Shown here piece after piece: positions 9,024 through 18,137 of a stretch of DNA of 64,000 nucleotides (position 1 is its first letter; the number at the start of each line of letters is the position of its first letter). The stretch lies in contig OZ242011.1 of the NCBI GenBank assembly GCA_965204755.1, forward strand, positions 3,200,001-3,264,000, written 5' to 3'. The notes under the pieces are model-generated. The model searched no databases and had not been told where the DNA came from. It saw only the letters and a list, made by a program, of their open reading frames with translations. The position numbers were made by a program, and so were the translations under genes. Source of the DNA: Candidatus Marinacidobacterium sp. (lineage in GTDB: Bacteria > Acidobacteriota > Vicinamibacteria > Marinacidobacterales > Marinacidobacteraceae).

Positions 9024-10645
9024 CGCAGGTCGGGCGGGCCGGGCAGGTCGGGCAGGCCGGGCAGGCCGGGCGCCGCCCCCGGCGAGAGCCGCGCGGCTTC
9101 GCCGGCCGGTCGGGAATCCCAGTCGGCGAGCGCCCGTTCCCGGAACGGGCCGGCGAAGACCCCGAGCGCGAGGACCGCGGCGCCGAGGGTGAGGGCGGCG
9201 GCGGCGAGCGGCCTCCGGGCCGGAGACCGGGACAGCGCGCGGACGCCGGTCTGCGCCGCGGCGGATCGGAACCAGATCGATTCCACGACCCGGAGGAAGT
9301 AGATCGCGGACAGCAGGCTCGAGACGAGGAGCGCGGCGAACGCCGCGGTTCCGGCGGCGCCGCCGGCGTCGAGCGCGGCGTCGAGGAGCAGGTACTTGGA
9401 GAAGAACCCGGCGGTCGGCGGCAATCCGATCATCGAGAACGCCGCCAGCGACAGCGCCGCGGCGGTGAAGGGCGCGCGGGCGCCGAGACCGGCCCAGCCG
9501 CGGCGGTAGTCGTCCGCGTCGGTTCCGCGGCCCCCGCCGAACGAGCCGGAACGGACGCCCCCGGCGCCGAAGAAGAGACAGCCCTTCGCCAGCGCGTGGG
9601 CGGCGGCGTGGAAGAGCGCCCCGGTGACCGCGGCCGGCGTGCCGAGCGCGATGCCGAGCAGGATGGTTCCCATCGCCCCGACGCTCGACCACGCGAGCAT
9701 CCGGCTCACTTCCCGCTGCGCCAGGGCGAAGACGCTCCCGACCACCGCGCCGAAGATCCCCAGCCAGAGCGCGGCCTGGAGCGCCGCCGCGCCGCCCTCC
9801 GCGCCGCCGAGCGCCACGCCGAAGAGCCGGAGCGCGGCGTAGGCGCTCACCTTGGCCATCACCGCGGCGATGAACGCGGAGGCCGGAACCGGCGCCCGGA
9901 CATAGGCGTCGGGAAGCCAACCGTGGAGCGGGAACAGCGCCGCCTTCAGGAACAGCCCGACCGCCAGCAGGGCGACGCCGACCGCGACCGCCGGCGCCGC
10001 GTCCGCGCCGGGGAGGCGCGCCGCCAGGTCGTCGAGGTTGAGCGTGCCGGTCACTGCGTAGAGGAAGCCCACCCCGAACAGGTAGAGCGAACCGGCGACC
10101 GTCCCGGCGAGCAGGTAGCGGAACGCGGCGACCGGGGCCCGCCCTCCTCCGGAGGCGATCAGCGTCGCGGCGGCGAGGGAACTGACCTCCATGAAGACGA
10201 ACAGGTTGAAGAGGTCGCGGGTCGCGACCATCCCGACCAGGCCGGAGAGCAGCAGCAGGAGCGCTCCCCGGCGGAGGCCCTCGCGCACCGGCGCCGGGCG
10301 TTCGTCGCCGTCGCCGGTTTCGGCGGCGCCCGGCGGGATCCAGGCGGCCACCAGGGAGGTTCCGGCGACCAGGAGGGCGAAGAGCGTGGAGAGGCCGTCG
10401 AAGTAGATCTCGATGCCCCAGGGGCCGGGCCAGCCGCCGAGCGCGTAGCGGATCGGGCCGCTCGCGGGGACCTCGAGGAAGAGGCCGAGCGCGGCCGCCG
10501 CGGTTCCCGCGTGGAAGGCCAGCGCCAGCCAGCCGGTGGAGCGGCGGGTGAGGGCCGCCGCCAGCGGCACGAGCGCGGCGCCGGTCAGGGGGAGGGCGAC
10601 CAGGAGGCCCGGCAACAGGGCAACCGACAGGGGAACTGGCGCCAC
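9020..10645 (-). CDS. mrpD: monovalent cation/H+ antiporter subunit D family
   Basis: DLFNLFVFMEV, KAALFPLHGWLPDAY, GLPPTAGFFSK; GGAGG SD. Confidence 0.9.
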   Translation of the reverse strand: MAPVPLSVALLPGLLVALPLTGAALVPLAAALTRRSTGWLALAFHAGTAAAALGLFLEVPASGPIRYALGGWPGPWGIEIYFDGLSTLFALLVAGTSLVAAWIPPGAAETGDGDERPAPVREGLRRGALLLLLSGLVGMVATRDLFNLFVFMEVSSLAAATLIASGGGRAPVAAFRYLLAGTVAGSLYLFGVGFLYAVTGTLNLDDLAARLPGADAAPAVAVGVALLAVGLFLKAALFPLHGWLPDAYVRAPVPASAFIAAVMAKVSAYAALRLFGVALGGAEGGAAALQAALWLGIFGAVVGSVFALAQREVSRMLAWSSVGAMGTILLGIALGTPAAVTGALFHAAAHALAKGCLFFGAGGVRSGSFGGGRGTDADDYRRGWAGLGARAPFTAAALSLAAFSMIGLPPTAGFFSKYLLLDAALDAGGAAGTAAFAALLVSSLLSAIYFLRVVESIWFRSAAAQTGVRALSRSPARRPLAAAALTLGAAVLALGVFAGPFRERALADWDSRPAGEAARLSPGAAPGLPGLPDLPGPPDLR

Positions 10646-10667
10646 GGAACCGGCCTCCGGGTGGGGT

Positions 10668-11075
10668 TCAGTCCGTTCCGGACGAAACGGCCGGGTCCGG
10701 CCGGGAGGCGCCGTCGATCGGCGCCGCCGGCCGCCGGAGCCGCGCCAGCAGCCGGGCCTCGTTCAGGGTGCCCTCGCGGCGGCGGATCTCCAGCAGCAGC
10801 GCGAGCGCCAGGCCGGTGGTCGAGACCGAGACGACGATCGCCGTCAGCATCAGGGTGTGGGGGAGCGGGTTCAGGAAGGCGGCCGCCTCCGGTTCGACCC
10901 CCTCGGTGAGGATCGGGACCGCGGCGCCTTCCTTGAACGCGAGCGAAACGAAGAACACGATCACCCCGACCTGCATCACATTCATCGCCAGCAGTTTGCG
11001 GATCAGGTTGGGGAGCAGCGCCACGCCGGAAAGCCCGAGCGTGAACAGCGCCGCCGCGGCGGCGTAGGCGATCAC
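10668..11075 (-). CDS. mrpC: Na+/H+ antiporter subunit C
   Basis: NLIRKLLAMN...NPLPHTLMLTAIVV. Confidence 0.9.
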   Translation of the reverse strand: MIAYAAAAALFTLGLSGVALLPNLIRKLLAMNVMQVGVIVFFVSLAFKEGAAVPILTEGVEPEAAAFLNPLPHTLMLTAIVVSVSTTGLALALLLEIRRREGTLNEARLLARLRRPAAPIDGASRPDPAVSSGTD

Positions 11076-11112
11076 CGGCGAGGCAGGTGGTTCATCGGCG
11101 CCGCCGGGCTGC

Positions 11113-11892
11113 TCATCCGCGAAGCCCGGCGGCGATGGCGTCGTAGAGCACGCCGACCGTTCCGGCCACCGTGAAGAAGACCGCGGTCTCGATACCCAGC
11201 GTGGCCAGTTCGCGGGCGTGGGCGGTGTCGGCGCTCAGCGGCAGGTGTCCGAAGTCCAGGAACGCGCCCCCGAAGGCCATCGCCGCGAGGCCGATCCCCG
11301 CATAGCCGAGGATGCCGGCGCAGGCCATGACCAGCGAGGAGCGAAGGCTCGGCGCCCCGGTCGGCGCCCCGGTTTCCGTGCGGCTGCCCCGCACCAACCG
11401 GACGGCGACCAGGCCGGAGCCGAACAGGACGCCGCCCTGGAATCCCCCCCCGGGGCTGGTGTGGCCGTGGATGAGGACATAGATCGAGAACACCAGGATC
11501 CCGGGCGCGAGCAGGCGCGCGGCGGCGTCGAGGATCCCGGTGCCGAAGCGGAACGAGAGGTCGGCCCCGGGCGCGTCCGCGGCGCGCTCCGGGCGCCCGG
11601 CGAACGCGCCGAGCGCGACCAGGCAGCCGAGGCCGGCGGCGAAGATCACGAGCGTCTCGCCCAGGGTGTCGAAACTCCGGTAGTCGGCGAGGACGGCGGT
11701 CACCATGTTGAGCGCGCCGGTCTCTTCGGCCGCCCGCTCGATGTAGCGCGGGGACACCCGGGTGGAGGCGGGCGATCCGGGGTCGCCGAGGCGGGGCAGG
11801 GCGGAGGCGCCCCAGAGGAGTCCCCCGAGCAGCAGGGCGAAGACCGGCGCGGCGAGTACCGCGGCGGCCGTCGCCCTTCGGGGAGCGTCCAT
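11113..11892 (-). CDS. mrpB: Na+/H+ antiporter subunit B (MnhB domain)
   Basis: NMVTAVLADYRSFDTLGE, HGHTSPGGGFQGG. Confidence 0.9.
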   Translation of the reverse strand: MDAPRRATAAAVLAAPVFALLLGGLLWGASALPRLGDPGSPASTRVSPRYIERAAEETGALNMVTAVLADYRSFDTLGETLVIFAAGLGCLVALGAFAGRPERAADAPGADLSFRFGTGILDAAARLLAPGILVFSIYVLIHGHTSPGGGFQGGVLFGSGLVAVRLVRGSRTETGAPTGAPSLRSSLVMACAGILGYAGIGLAAMAFGGAFLDFGHLPLSADTAHARELATLGIETAVFFTVAGTVGVLYDAIAAGLRG

Positions 11893-12143
11893 CAGTCGAA
11901 CCGGCGGCGGGTGCGGTAGGCGGTGGAGACGAACAGGATCGTGCTCAGCGCCCCGCCGACGCAGGCCTCGGTGAACGCCACATCCACCGCGCCGAGGAAC
12001 GCGAACCAGGTGGCGGCGGCGAAACTGAACACGCCGAAGAACGCCGTCGCCGCGAGCAAGTCGCGCATCAGGAGCGCCGCCGCCGCGGAGGCGACCATCA
12101 GGAGCAGCAGCCCGACTCCCAGGAGTCCGCCCGGGTCGGTCAC
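11892..12143 (-). CDS. DUF4040 / MrpA-derived small subunit
   Basis: GAVDVAFTEACVGGALSTILF; GTG 12143 overlaps the mrpG stop. Confidence 0.8.
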   Translation of the reverse strand: MTDPGGLLGVGLLLLMVASAAAALLMRDLLAATAFFGVFSFAAATWFAFLGAVDVAFTEACVGGALSTILFVSTAYRTRRRFD

Positions 12144-12484
12144 GAAGCGTTGTCCGCGCGCTCGGCGGCGTCGGGCCGGCGCCAGACGGGAACTCCCGCG
12201 CGGCGAGCCGCGCGCCCCAGGGCGTGGGTCGCCGTCGGGCTGGCGGCGGCGAGGAACGCCGAAACCAGGAGGAGTTTCGCGGCGGTGGCGGCGTCCTCCG
12301 AGAGGAGGGCGAAGCCGACCGCGGCGAGCGCCAGGCCGGCGGTGTCGCACTTCCCGACGGCGTGGAGCCGGGTGTAGAAGTCGGGAAGCCGGAGCACGCC
12401 GACCGCAGCGGTCAGGCTGAAGAACAACGAAGCGGCGAGGAGCGCCGCCGCCGCGGCGTCGAGCGCCGAGAACCCGTCCGTCAT
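12140..12484 (-). CDS. mrpG: Na+/H+ antiporter subunit G
   Basis: GVLRLPDFYTRLHA..K.DT...PTATHALGRAA. Confidence 0.9.
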   Translation of the reverse strand: MTDGFSALDAAAAALLAASLFFSLTAAVGVLRLPDFYTRLHAVGKCDTAGLALAAVGFALLSEDAATAAKLLLVSAFLAAASPTATHALGRAARRAGVPVWRRPDAAERADNAS

Positions 12485-12509
12485 CGCCGCCCGGCGGCCG
12501 GTCTCCCGC

Positions 12510-12848
12510 TCACGCCGCGTTCGGCGGCGTCCCGGGCCGCTCCGCCGTTCCGCCGGCCGGGACCTCGGTCGGCGCCGCTTCGTCGTCCGAACCGCGGCCC
12601 TCGAAGTACTTGGCGAGCGAGAGCGCGGCGAGGAACCCCACCAGCGCATAGGCGAGGGCGATGTCCACGAACATCCCGGGCCGGCCGGAGAGTTCGCCGA
12701 TCACCAGCAGCAGGATCAGGGTCTTCGTCCCGAGCAGCACCAGCCCGGAGAGCCGATCCCAGAGCCCCGGTCCGCGCGCGACCCGGTAGAACGCGGCGAC
12801 GGCGGCGAGGAAGACCGCGCCGGCGAACGCCGCGAGGAGAGTCTGCAT
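12510..12848 (-). CDS. mrpF: Na+/H+ antiporter subunit F
   Basis: YRVARGP...DR...DIALAYALVGF. Confidence 0.9.
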   Translation of the reverse strand: MQTLLAAFAGAVFLAAVAAFYRVARGPGLWDRLSGLVLLGTKTLILLLVIGELSGRPGMFVDIALAYALVGFLAALSLAKYFEGRGSDDEAAPTEVPAGGTAERPGTPPNAA

Positions 12849-12873
12849 TCGCCGGGCGCGGAACGGCGGGCCG

Positions 12874-13449
12874 TCAGGCGCCGGCGCCGAACAGCCGGCG
12901 GATGCGCGCCGCCGTCAGGCCGCCGTCCGGCTGCACTCCCGCCGCCGAATCCCGGTCCAGCGAGTGGATGGTCATGCCGTCCCGGTCGGCGTCGAGGGTC
13001 ACCGTCCCCGGAGTCAGTGTGATCGAGTGCGCGAGGACCAGTCGGGCCAGCGGGTGCGGCAGGCGGTCTTCGATCCGGGTGAGCGAGGGGGAGATGGGCA
13101 TCCGGGGATCCAGGACCAACCGCGCCACCCGGAGCGCGGAATGGACGACCTGGATCGAGAGCCAAATCCCGTAGCCGACGAGGGCTGCCGTCCGCCGGGG
13201 AAGACGGGCGATCTCCTCGCCCGGCGCCGGAGGCGGCGCCATCCCCAGGAGTCGTCCGGCGAACCACGCCGTCGCCGCGGCGGCGGCGACGCCGGGGACC
13301 AGGTGGAGCGCGTCGAACTTGCCGGAAAGGACGATCCAGAAGGCCAGCAGCGAGACGAAGGCGAGGGCCACGACCGCGGCCGGCGGCCGCGCCCCGGAGT
13401 CGCCGGCGGTCTCGCGGCTCGGTTCGCCGAGCGGCTCCGGACTCGCCAT
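12874..13449 (-). CDS. mrpE: Na+/H+ antiporter subunit E
   Basis: FWIVLSG, AHSITLTPGTVT; start placed at ATG 13449. Confidence 0.9.
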   Translation of the reverse strand: MASPEPLGEPSRETAGDSGARPPAAVVALAFVSLLAFWIVLSGKFDALHLVPGVAAAAATAWFAGRLLGMAPPPAPGEEIARLPRRTAALVGYGIWLSIQVVHSALRVARLVLDPRMPISPSLTRIEDRLPHPLARLVLAHSITLTPGTVTLDADRDGMTIHSLDRDSAAGVQPDGGLTAARIRRLFGAGA

Positions 13450-13606
13450 CGGGCGTGAATCGTACAAGGGGAAAGGGCCTCGGGAAGCGCGGGCTCAGCC
13501 GCCTGCGGGGAAAGTCCGGGTGGGAGCGTCCGGTCAGGCGACCGGGCCGGGCCTTCGCGTCGTCCGGTCGGAACGGGGAGGGCCGGACGCCCTCCCCGCG
13601 GGCCGA

Positions 13607-14353
13607 CTACCGGTAGTAGTTGATGCCGATCAGCGCCTGCTGGGTGCGCCGGGAGAAGTCCCGCGGCGACCAGATGCGGTACTCCGCCCGCGCCGACAGG
13701 TAGTCGAAGATATAGACCTCGAAGCCGGCGCCGAGATGCGCGGTCGGCTCGTACACGGTCTCTTCCAAGGTCACGCGCGTGGCCGTCGGGATGCGCACCC
13801 CGGTCGCCGAGGGCTGGTTCCGGAAGAGACCGTCCCGGAGCGACTGCGGCGTGGAGAACTCGAAGTCCTCGCGCAGGGCGTCGCGCCGCACCACGCCGCC
13901 TCCGGCCAGCACCCAGGCGTGGAACGGCTGCCTCCGGCCCAGGTGGAACACCAGGGAGCCGTCGAGGTGGTAGCGGTTCATCCGGAACTGGTAGGCCGGG
14001 GAGGCGAGCACATCCTCGACCGGCTGGTTTTCGGCGGTATAGCGCCGGTTCGACCGGCCGAAGTAGAGGCCGGTCTCGAAACTGAAGTTGTCGCTCGCGC
14101 GGACCGCCGCGGCGCCCCCGAGGCTCGCGCCGCGGCCGAGCCGCAGGTCGGGGTCGGCGAAGAACTGCAGGCCGACGCCGGTGGAGAGCCGGAACCGGTG
14201 CCGGGGCTGCGCTTCGGCGGGGTGGGCGGCGGCCCCGAGAAGCGAGACCGCCGCGAACGCGAGCAGCGGGAGGCCCCCGCGCGGGAGCGGTCCGCGGCGG
14301 CGGATGGCGCCCCGAAGGGGGCGGCGGAACGCGGGTTCTTCGGGAAGGGCCAA
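13607..14353 (-). CDS. outer-membrane beta-barrel protein
   Basis: Signal peptide, alternating beta strands, GAGFEVY..LSARAEYR and a terminal INYY. Start uncertain. Confidence 0.7.
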   Translation of the reverse strand: MALPEEPAFRRPLRGAIRRRGPLPRGGLPLLAFAAVSLLGAAAHPAEAQPRHRFRLSTGVGLQFFADPDLRLGRGASLGGAAAVRASDNFSFETGLYFGRSNRRYTAENQPVEDVLASPAYQFRMNRYHLDGSLVFHLGRRQPFHAWVLAGGGVVRRDALREDFEFSTPQSLRDGLFRNQPSATGVRIPTATRVTLEETVYEPTAHLGAGFEVYIFDYLSARAEYRIWSPRDFSRRTQQALIGINYYR

Positions 14354-14458
14354 AGGCGGCGGGATGCTACTCCACCGGGCGCCGCCGGCCGGGTCGGCTG
14401 CGCCGAGATGCAGCGGACGGGGCCGGGACCGGCGGGCCCGGGATCGGCAGGCCCGCCG

Positions 14459-14764
14459 CTACTCGGACTCGCGCTGTTCGCCGGGGGCGACCCGGCGGAC
14501 CTTCATGATTTCCTCGTCGTAGTAGCGCCGGTAGAGGAGATCCCAGGCCTCCGTGCCCTGCTGGACGGACTGGCTCTGGCTGTCGATCTTCCGGCGGACG
14601 ATCTGGTCGATGCGCTCGTCGTCTTCGAGTTCGGAGTTGATGACCCGGGTGATCGTCCGCCGGATTTCGTTGTCCGGGGCGTAGAACTCCACGGTGTCGT
14701 CGGCGCGCAGGAGTTGCAGGATCTGGCTCGCCAGGTGGTTGATCTTGCTGTTCGTCAGGCGCAT
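14459..14764 (-). CDS. DUF507 family protein
   Basis: MRLTNSKINHLA...GTEAWDLLYRRYYDEE. Confidence 0.8.
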   Translation of the reverse strand: MRLTNSKINHLASQILQLLRADDTVEFYAPDNEIRRTITRVINSELEDDERIDQIVRRKIDSQSQSVQQGTEAWDLLYRRYYDEEIMKVRRVAPGEQRESE

Positions 14765-14820
14765 GGAGGTGCTCTCGCTACCGGGGGGTTCCTCCGTGTC
14801 CGCGCGGCGCCGCCGGCCGG

Positions 14821-15099
14821 CTAGAGGATGAGCCCCCGTTCCCGGGCCAGGCGCTTCTTGACCAGTTTGAACATCTCCCGGTACTCGACGCCGTCGCTCC
14901 GGATCTCCTCCCCGTAGTTGTCGAGGAGTTTCCGGACTTCCTCGTTGAGGTCGTCTTCCTGCCGCAGATCCTCGGTGATGAGTTCGACGATGGTGTCCAT
15001 CAGGAGGTTCGGATCGTCCGTGTCGATAAGCCCCTGAACCTGCAATTCGTCGGTGATCCGGTAGCCCAGAAACTGGATCTGGCTCTTCGTGAGTCGCAT
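14821..15099 (-). CDS. DUF507 family protein
   Basis: MRLTKSQI...EDDLNEEVRKLL...YREMFKLVKKRLARERGLIL. Confidence 0.8.
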   Translation of the reverse strand: MRLTKSQIQFLGYRITDELQVQGLIDTDDPNLLMDTIVELITEDLRQEDDLNEEVRKLLDNYGEEIRSDGVEYREMFKLVKKRLARERGLIL

Positions 15100-15171
15100 C
15101 TTCGGCAGCCGGAAATCGTACCGCAAACCCGCTTCCCGGTGAACCTCGGAGAGTGTCCGGGGCCGGGAAAT

Positions 15172-15180
15172 TGCTAGAAT
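15172..15180 (+). promoter_or_regulatory. extended -10 promoter of tRNA-Asp
   Basis: TGcTAGAAT ending 19 nt upstream of the tRNA. Confidence 0.6.
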
Positions 15181-15199
15181 CCGTCGGTTGCGGCGACTC

Positions 15200-15277
15200 G
15201 GGGTCGTAGTTCAGTTGGTTCAGAATGCCGGCCTGTCACGCCGGAGGTCGCGGGTTCGAGTCCCGTCGGCCCCGCCA
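15200..15277 (+). tRNA. tRNA-Asp(GTC)
   Basis: Acceptor stem GGGGTCG/CGGCCCC, anticodon GTC at 15235-15237, GGTTCGAGTCC T-arm, encoded CCA. Confidence 0.97.
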
Positions 15278-15392
15278 TCCGCCGCCGCCCCTCCGCTGCC
15301 TCGGCGCCCGGCCGCCGGCCCCCGTTTCCGGGGAGTCCGTCGGGCCGACGGCGCCGCCGAACCCCCTTCCCGGGAGAGAGCCCTCGACGGTC

Positions 15393-15626
15393 ATGACGGT
15401 CACGATCACCTACTGCGTCGTTTGAAACTACCTTCCCAACGCCACCAGTCTGGCGGCGGCAATCGAGGAAGCGCGCGGCCTGAAGCCCGAACTCATCGAA
15501 GGTGACAAGGGCGACTTCGACATCCGCGTGGACGGCGAACTCATCTACACCAAGCACGACACCGGCCGGTTCCCCGAGCACCGGGAGATCCTGGACCGGA
15601 TCCCGGAACAGGTCCCGGCCGGATAG
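15393..15626 (+). CDS. SelW/Rdx-family selenoprotein (77 aa, CxxU)
   Basis: MTVTITYCVV-TGA(15423)-NYLPNATSLAAAIEEARGLKPELIEGDKGDFDIRVDGELIYTKHDTGRFPEHREIL. Rdx motifs continue in frame after the TGA. Confidence 0.88.
15441..15457 (+). promoter_or_regulatory. candidate bacterial SECIS hairpin
   Basis: GCCACCA-GTC-TGGCGGC; apical loop starts with G about 22 nt after the UGA. Confidence 0.6.
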
Positions 15627-15648
15627 CCGGCCGCCCGGCCGGCGCACC

Positions 15649-15683
15649 GGATCCGCCGCGGGCGCCGGCCCCGCGACGGATCC
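15649..15683. terminator. GC-rich hairpin between convergent genes
   Basis: GGATCCGCCGCGGG...CCCGCGACGGATCC, 13 of 14 Watson-Crick pairs; no U-tract. Confidence 0.45.
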
Positions 15684-15764
15684 GCCCGACGACGGATCTG
15701 TCTGTGTTGCCGGTCTGCCGCCCGGCGCCGGCGGCCCCCACCGGCCGGCTCCCGGCCGGCGCCG

Positions 15765-18137
15765 TCAGAAGTCGAAAAGCCGCGTGTACTTCACGATCAG
15801 CGACCGGCCCATCACGGTGGGGACCGGGAGTCCGGTGTCCGGGTCGAACCGGTCGAAGGTCGCGGTGTTCCGAAGGTCGTTGTAGACGACGAAGAGTCCG
15901 GTGCCGCTCCGGTCGAGCAACACCAGCCGGATGTTCGAGGAGATCGAGGCGGACTGGCTGTTGTACTGGATCAGCGCTTCCAGTCGCCGCAGCGGCGTGA
16001 ACGAGTAGTTCAGGCGGATGGGCGCCAGGTCGGTGGTGAAGTCGCCGCCGGGCAGACTCACGATGTCGCGGTTCCAGCCCACGCTGGCCTGGAACCGGGC
16101 CCCGATCCGCCCGTTCAGGCTGAGATCGCATCCCCGCCGCTCTCCGTCGTAGAAGCCGCCCCGGCGGCAGTACGCGGTGGGGTAGAGCCGGGCGCTGGCA
16201 TTGCCCAGGTAGTTCACCGTGACCACACTCCACTCGTAGCGCCCCGGCGGGATCGTCACTTCCGCCCCGTCCGCTCCGGCGAAGACGGTGAAGTCGGTCA
16301 GGGGCCGATCCCTCATCCGGTCCACGAAGATCCCGAACCGACCCCCGCTGTTCGGCTGGAACTCGATCGGGTGCCAGTGCCCCCGCCCGGACTGGACCTC
16401 CCCGTCGAAGCCGTAGTAGGCGTTCCAGGTCACATGCGGCGAGAACCGGCGCACCCAGGACAGCGCCGGAATCCGGGTGGGCTGCCAGTTCAGGTAGTAA
16501 CGCGCCTGGTACTTCCGGTAACCCCGCCGGGGAACGAACCCGACCTGCGGGTCGAAGTCCTCCCCCACCTGGGTGTAGCCGAGGTGCCCCTGGTGGAGCG
16601 GATCGGCGTAGTTGAGGAAGGCCCTCCCTGCCAGGGTGTCGGAGACCGACGCGCTCTCTTCCCCGGCGGTCGCGGTCTTCGCCAGGAAGGTGAAGAACCG
16701 GGCGTGCTCGCCGATCTGGACGGCGGCGTCCGCGCCGAAGGCCCGGTTCGCGTCGTTCTCCCCGGCCCGGTCCCCGGTCCCCTGGCGGTTCACGAAGATG
16801 CCGCCGAAGGACGACCGCCCCACTTCGCGCTGGACGCGGGCCACCGCGAAGTTGTTCGCGGACCGGAGCAGGCCGCCGCTCTCCGGGTCGAAGGCGGCCT
16901 CGGTCTGCATGTTCATCACGCCCAGGTTCCAGGCCCCGACCTTCCCGGACATCCGGGCGCCGCCGATGATCCCCACCGGCTGTCCGGCGTGGAGCCCGAT
17001 CCGGCGGCTGAAGAACAGGTCCACCTCCTGCGGCGCTCCGAACTGGAAAGTCGAGGCGTTTTCCAGGAAGAACGGCCTCTTTTCCGGGAAGAACAGCGGA
17101 AAACGGGTCAGGTTGATCTGCTGGTCGTCCGCCTCCACCTGGGCGAAGTCCGTGTTCGCGGTGATGTCCACCGTCAGGTTCGGGGTCACGCCCCACTTCA
17201 CATCGAGCCCCAGGTCGAAGGTGTTCCGGGAGCGGTTCGCGGAAGCGGCGGCCAGCGGGTTCCGGGTGGCGTCGCCGAGCGCGAAGGGGGTCACCCGAAG
17301 GTCGCGCCGCAGGGGCAGGTCGAGGCCGGAGATCTTCCGCGCCAGCGAGACCCGGTAGAGGTTGTAGCCCCGCGGGATCGGCGCGAGGAACGACTGCTCG
17401 TTCTTCCGCCGGATGTTCCGCATCACATTCAGACCCCAGGTGCGCCCGTCGCCGGCCTCGTAGCGGAGCGTCCGCAGGGGGATGGCGAACTCGGTCTCCC
17501 AGCCCCGGCCGGTCTGCCGGGAGCGGACCGTCCAGTCGCCGTCCCAGTTGGCGTTGAACCCGGTGACCCCGCCGCGCTGCGAGCCGCGCTGGCCCGGCCG
17601 GGGGTTGTAGCCGCCGGTCGCCCCCTCGCCGGCGATCTGCCCGTCGTACTCGATCCCCTCCGGATTCGTCCCGAACAGGAAGGCGTTCTGGTTGTCATCG
17701 AAGGTGTCCAGCACGATCTGGACGGAGTCCGACTCGTTCAGGTCGCCGTCCCGGCGGCTCTCCGAGACCAGCACCCGCTCCGGCTCCCGGTCGAAGGCGA
17801 TGATCCCCACATAGAGGGTGGTGTCCGACAGGAGCAGCCGGACCTCGGTGCGCTCGGTGGCCGGCGCCCCGTTGTCCGGCTCCTGCTGGATGAACCCGGT
17901 GAAGGGCTCCGCGTCCTCCCACTGCGGGTCGGTCACCAGCCCGTCCACCACCGGACCCGGAGCGCCTTCGCCGAGCGCGAACACCGTTCCCGAGGCCGAG
18001 TTCGCCGCCGGCCCCGGCTCTTCTGAAGCCGCCGTCGGGAGCGCGGCGAGAAGCGCCGCCGAACCGAGGAGAGCCGCGCCCCGAACCGGCGCCCGCGCAG
18101 GGCCGGGGCGGGTGGGAGGGCGGCGGGTCGGGGGCAT
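15765..18137 (-). CDS. CBM9-like + DUF5916 outer-membrane protein
   Basis: VVDG..D..W, GWETEFAIP..LRY, NTDFAQVEAD..NLTRFPLFFPEKRPFFLE, FFSRRIG. Start placed at ATG 18137. Confidence 0.85.
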   Translation of the reverse strand: MPPTRRPPTRPGPARAPVRGAALLGSAALLAALPTAASEEPGPAANSASGTVFALGEGAPGPVVDGLVTDPQWEDAEPFTGFIQQEPDNGAPATERTEVRLLLSDTTLYVGIIAFDREPERVLVSESRRDGDLNESDSVQIVLDTFDDNQNAFLFGTNPEGIEYDGQIAGEGATGGYNPRPGQRGSQRGGVTGFNANWDGDWTVRSRQTGRGWETEFAIPLRTLRYEAGDGRTWGLNVMRNIRRKNEQSFLAPIPRGYNLYRVSLARKISGLDLPLRRDLRVTPFALGDATRNPLAAASANRSRNTFDLGLDVKWGVTPNLTVDITANTDFAQVEADDQQINLTRFPLFFPEKRPFFLENASTFQFGAPQEVDLFFSRRIGLHAGQPVGIIGGARMSGKVGAWNLGVMNMQTEAAFDPESGGLLRSANNFAVARVQREVGRSSFGGIFVNRQGTGDRAGENDANRAFGADAAVQIGEHARFFTFLAKTATAGEESASVSDTLAGRAFLNYADPLHQGHLGYTQVGEDFDPQVGFVPRRGYRKYQARYYLNWQPTRIPALSWVRRFSPHVTWNAYYGFDGEVQSGRGHWHPIEFQPNSGGRFGIFVDRMRDRPLTDFTVFAGADGAEVTIPPGRYEWSVVTVNYLGNASARLYPTAYCRRGGFYDGERRGCDLSLNGRIGARFQASVGWNRDIVSLPGGDFTTDLAPIRLNYSFTPLRRLEALIQYNSQSASISSNIRLVLLDRSGTGLFVVYNDLRNTATFDRFDPDTGLPVPTVMGRSLIVKYTRLFDF

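Noticed and set aside
11072-11116. Frameshift in the mrpC N-terminus
   Set aside because: One extra base would fuse ATG 11116 to mrpC, so it cannot be excluded. However, GTG 11075 gives a complete MrpC and the same doubly overlapping pattern recurs at other junctions.
15200-15277. tRNA-Asp as an integration site
   Set aside because: No integrase and no duplicated tRNA 3' end seen in the window.
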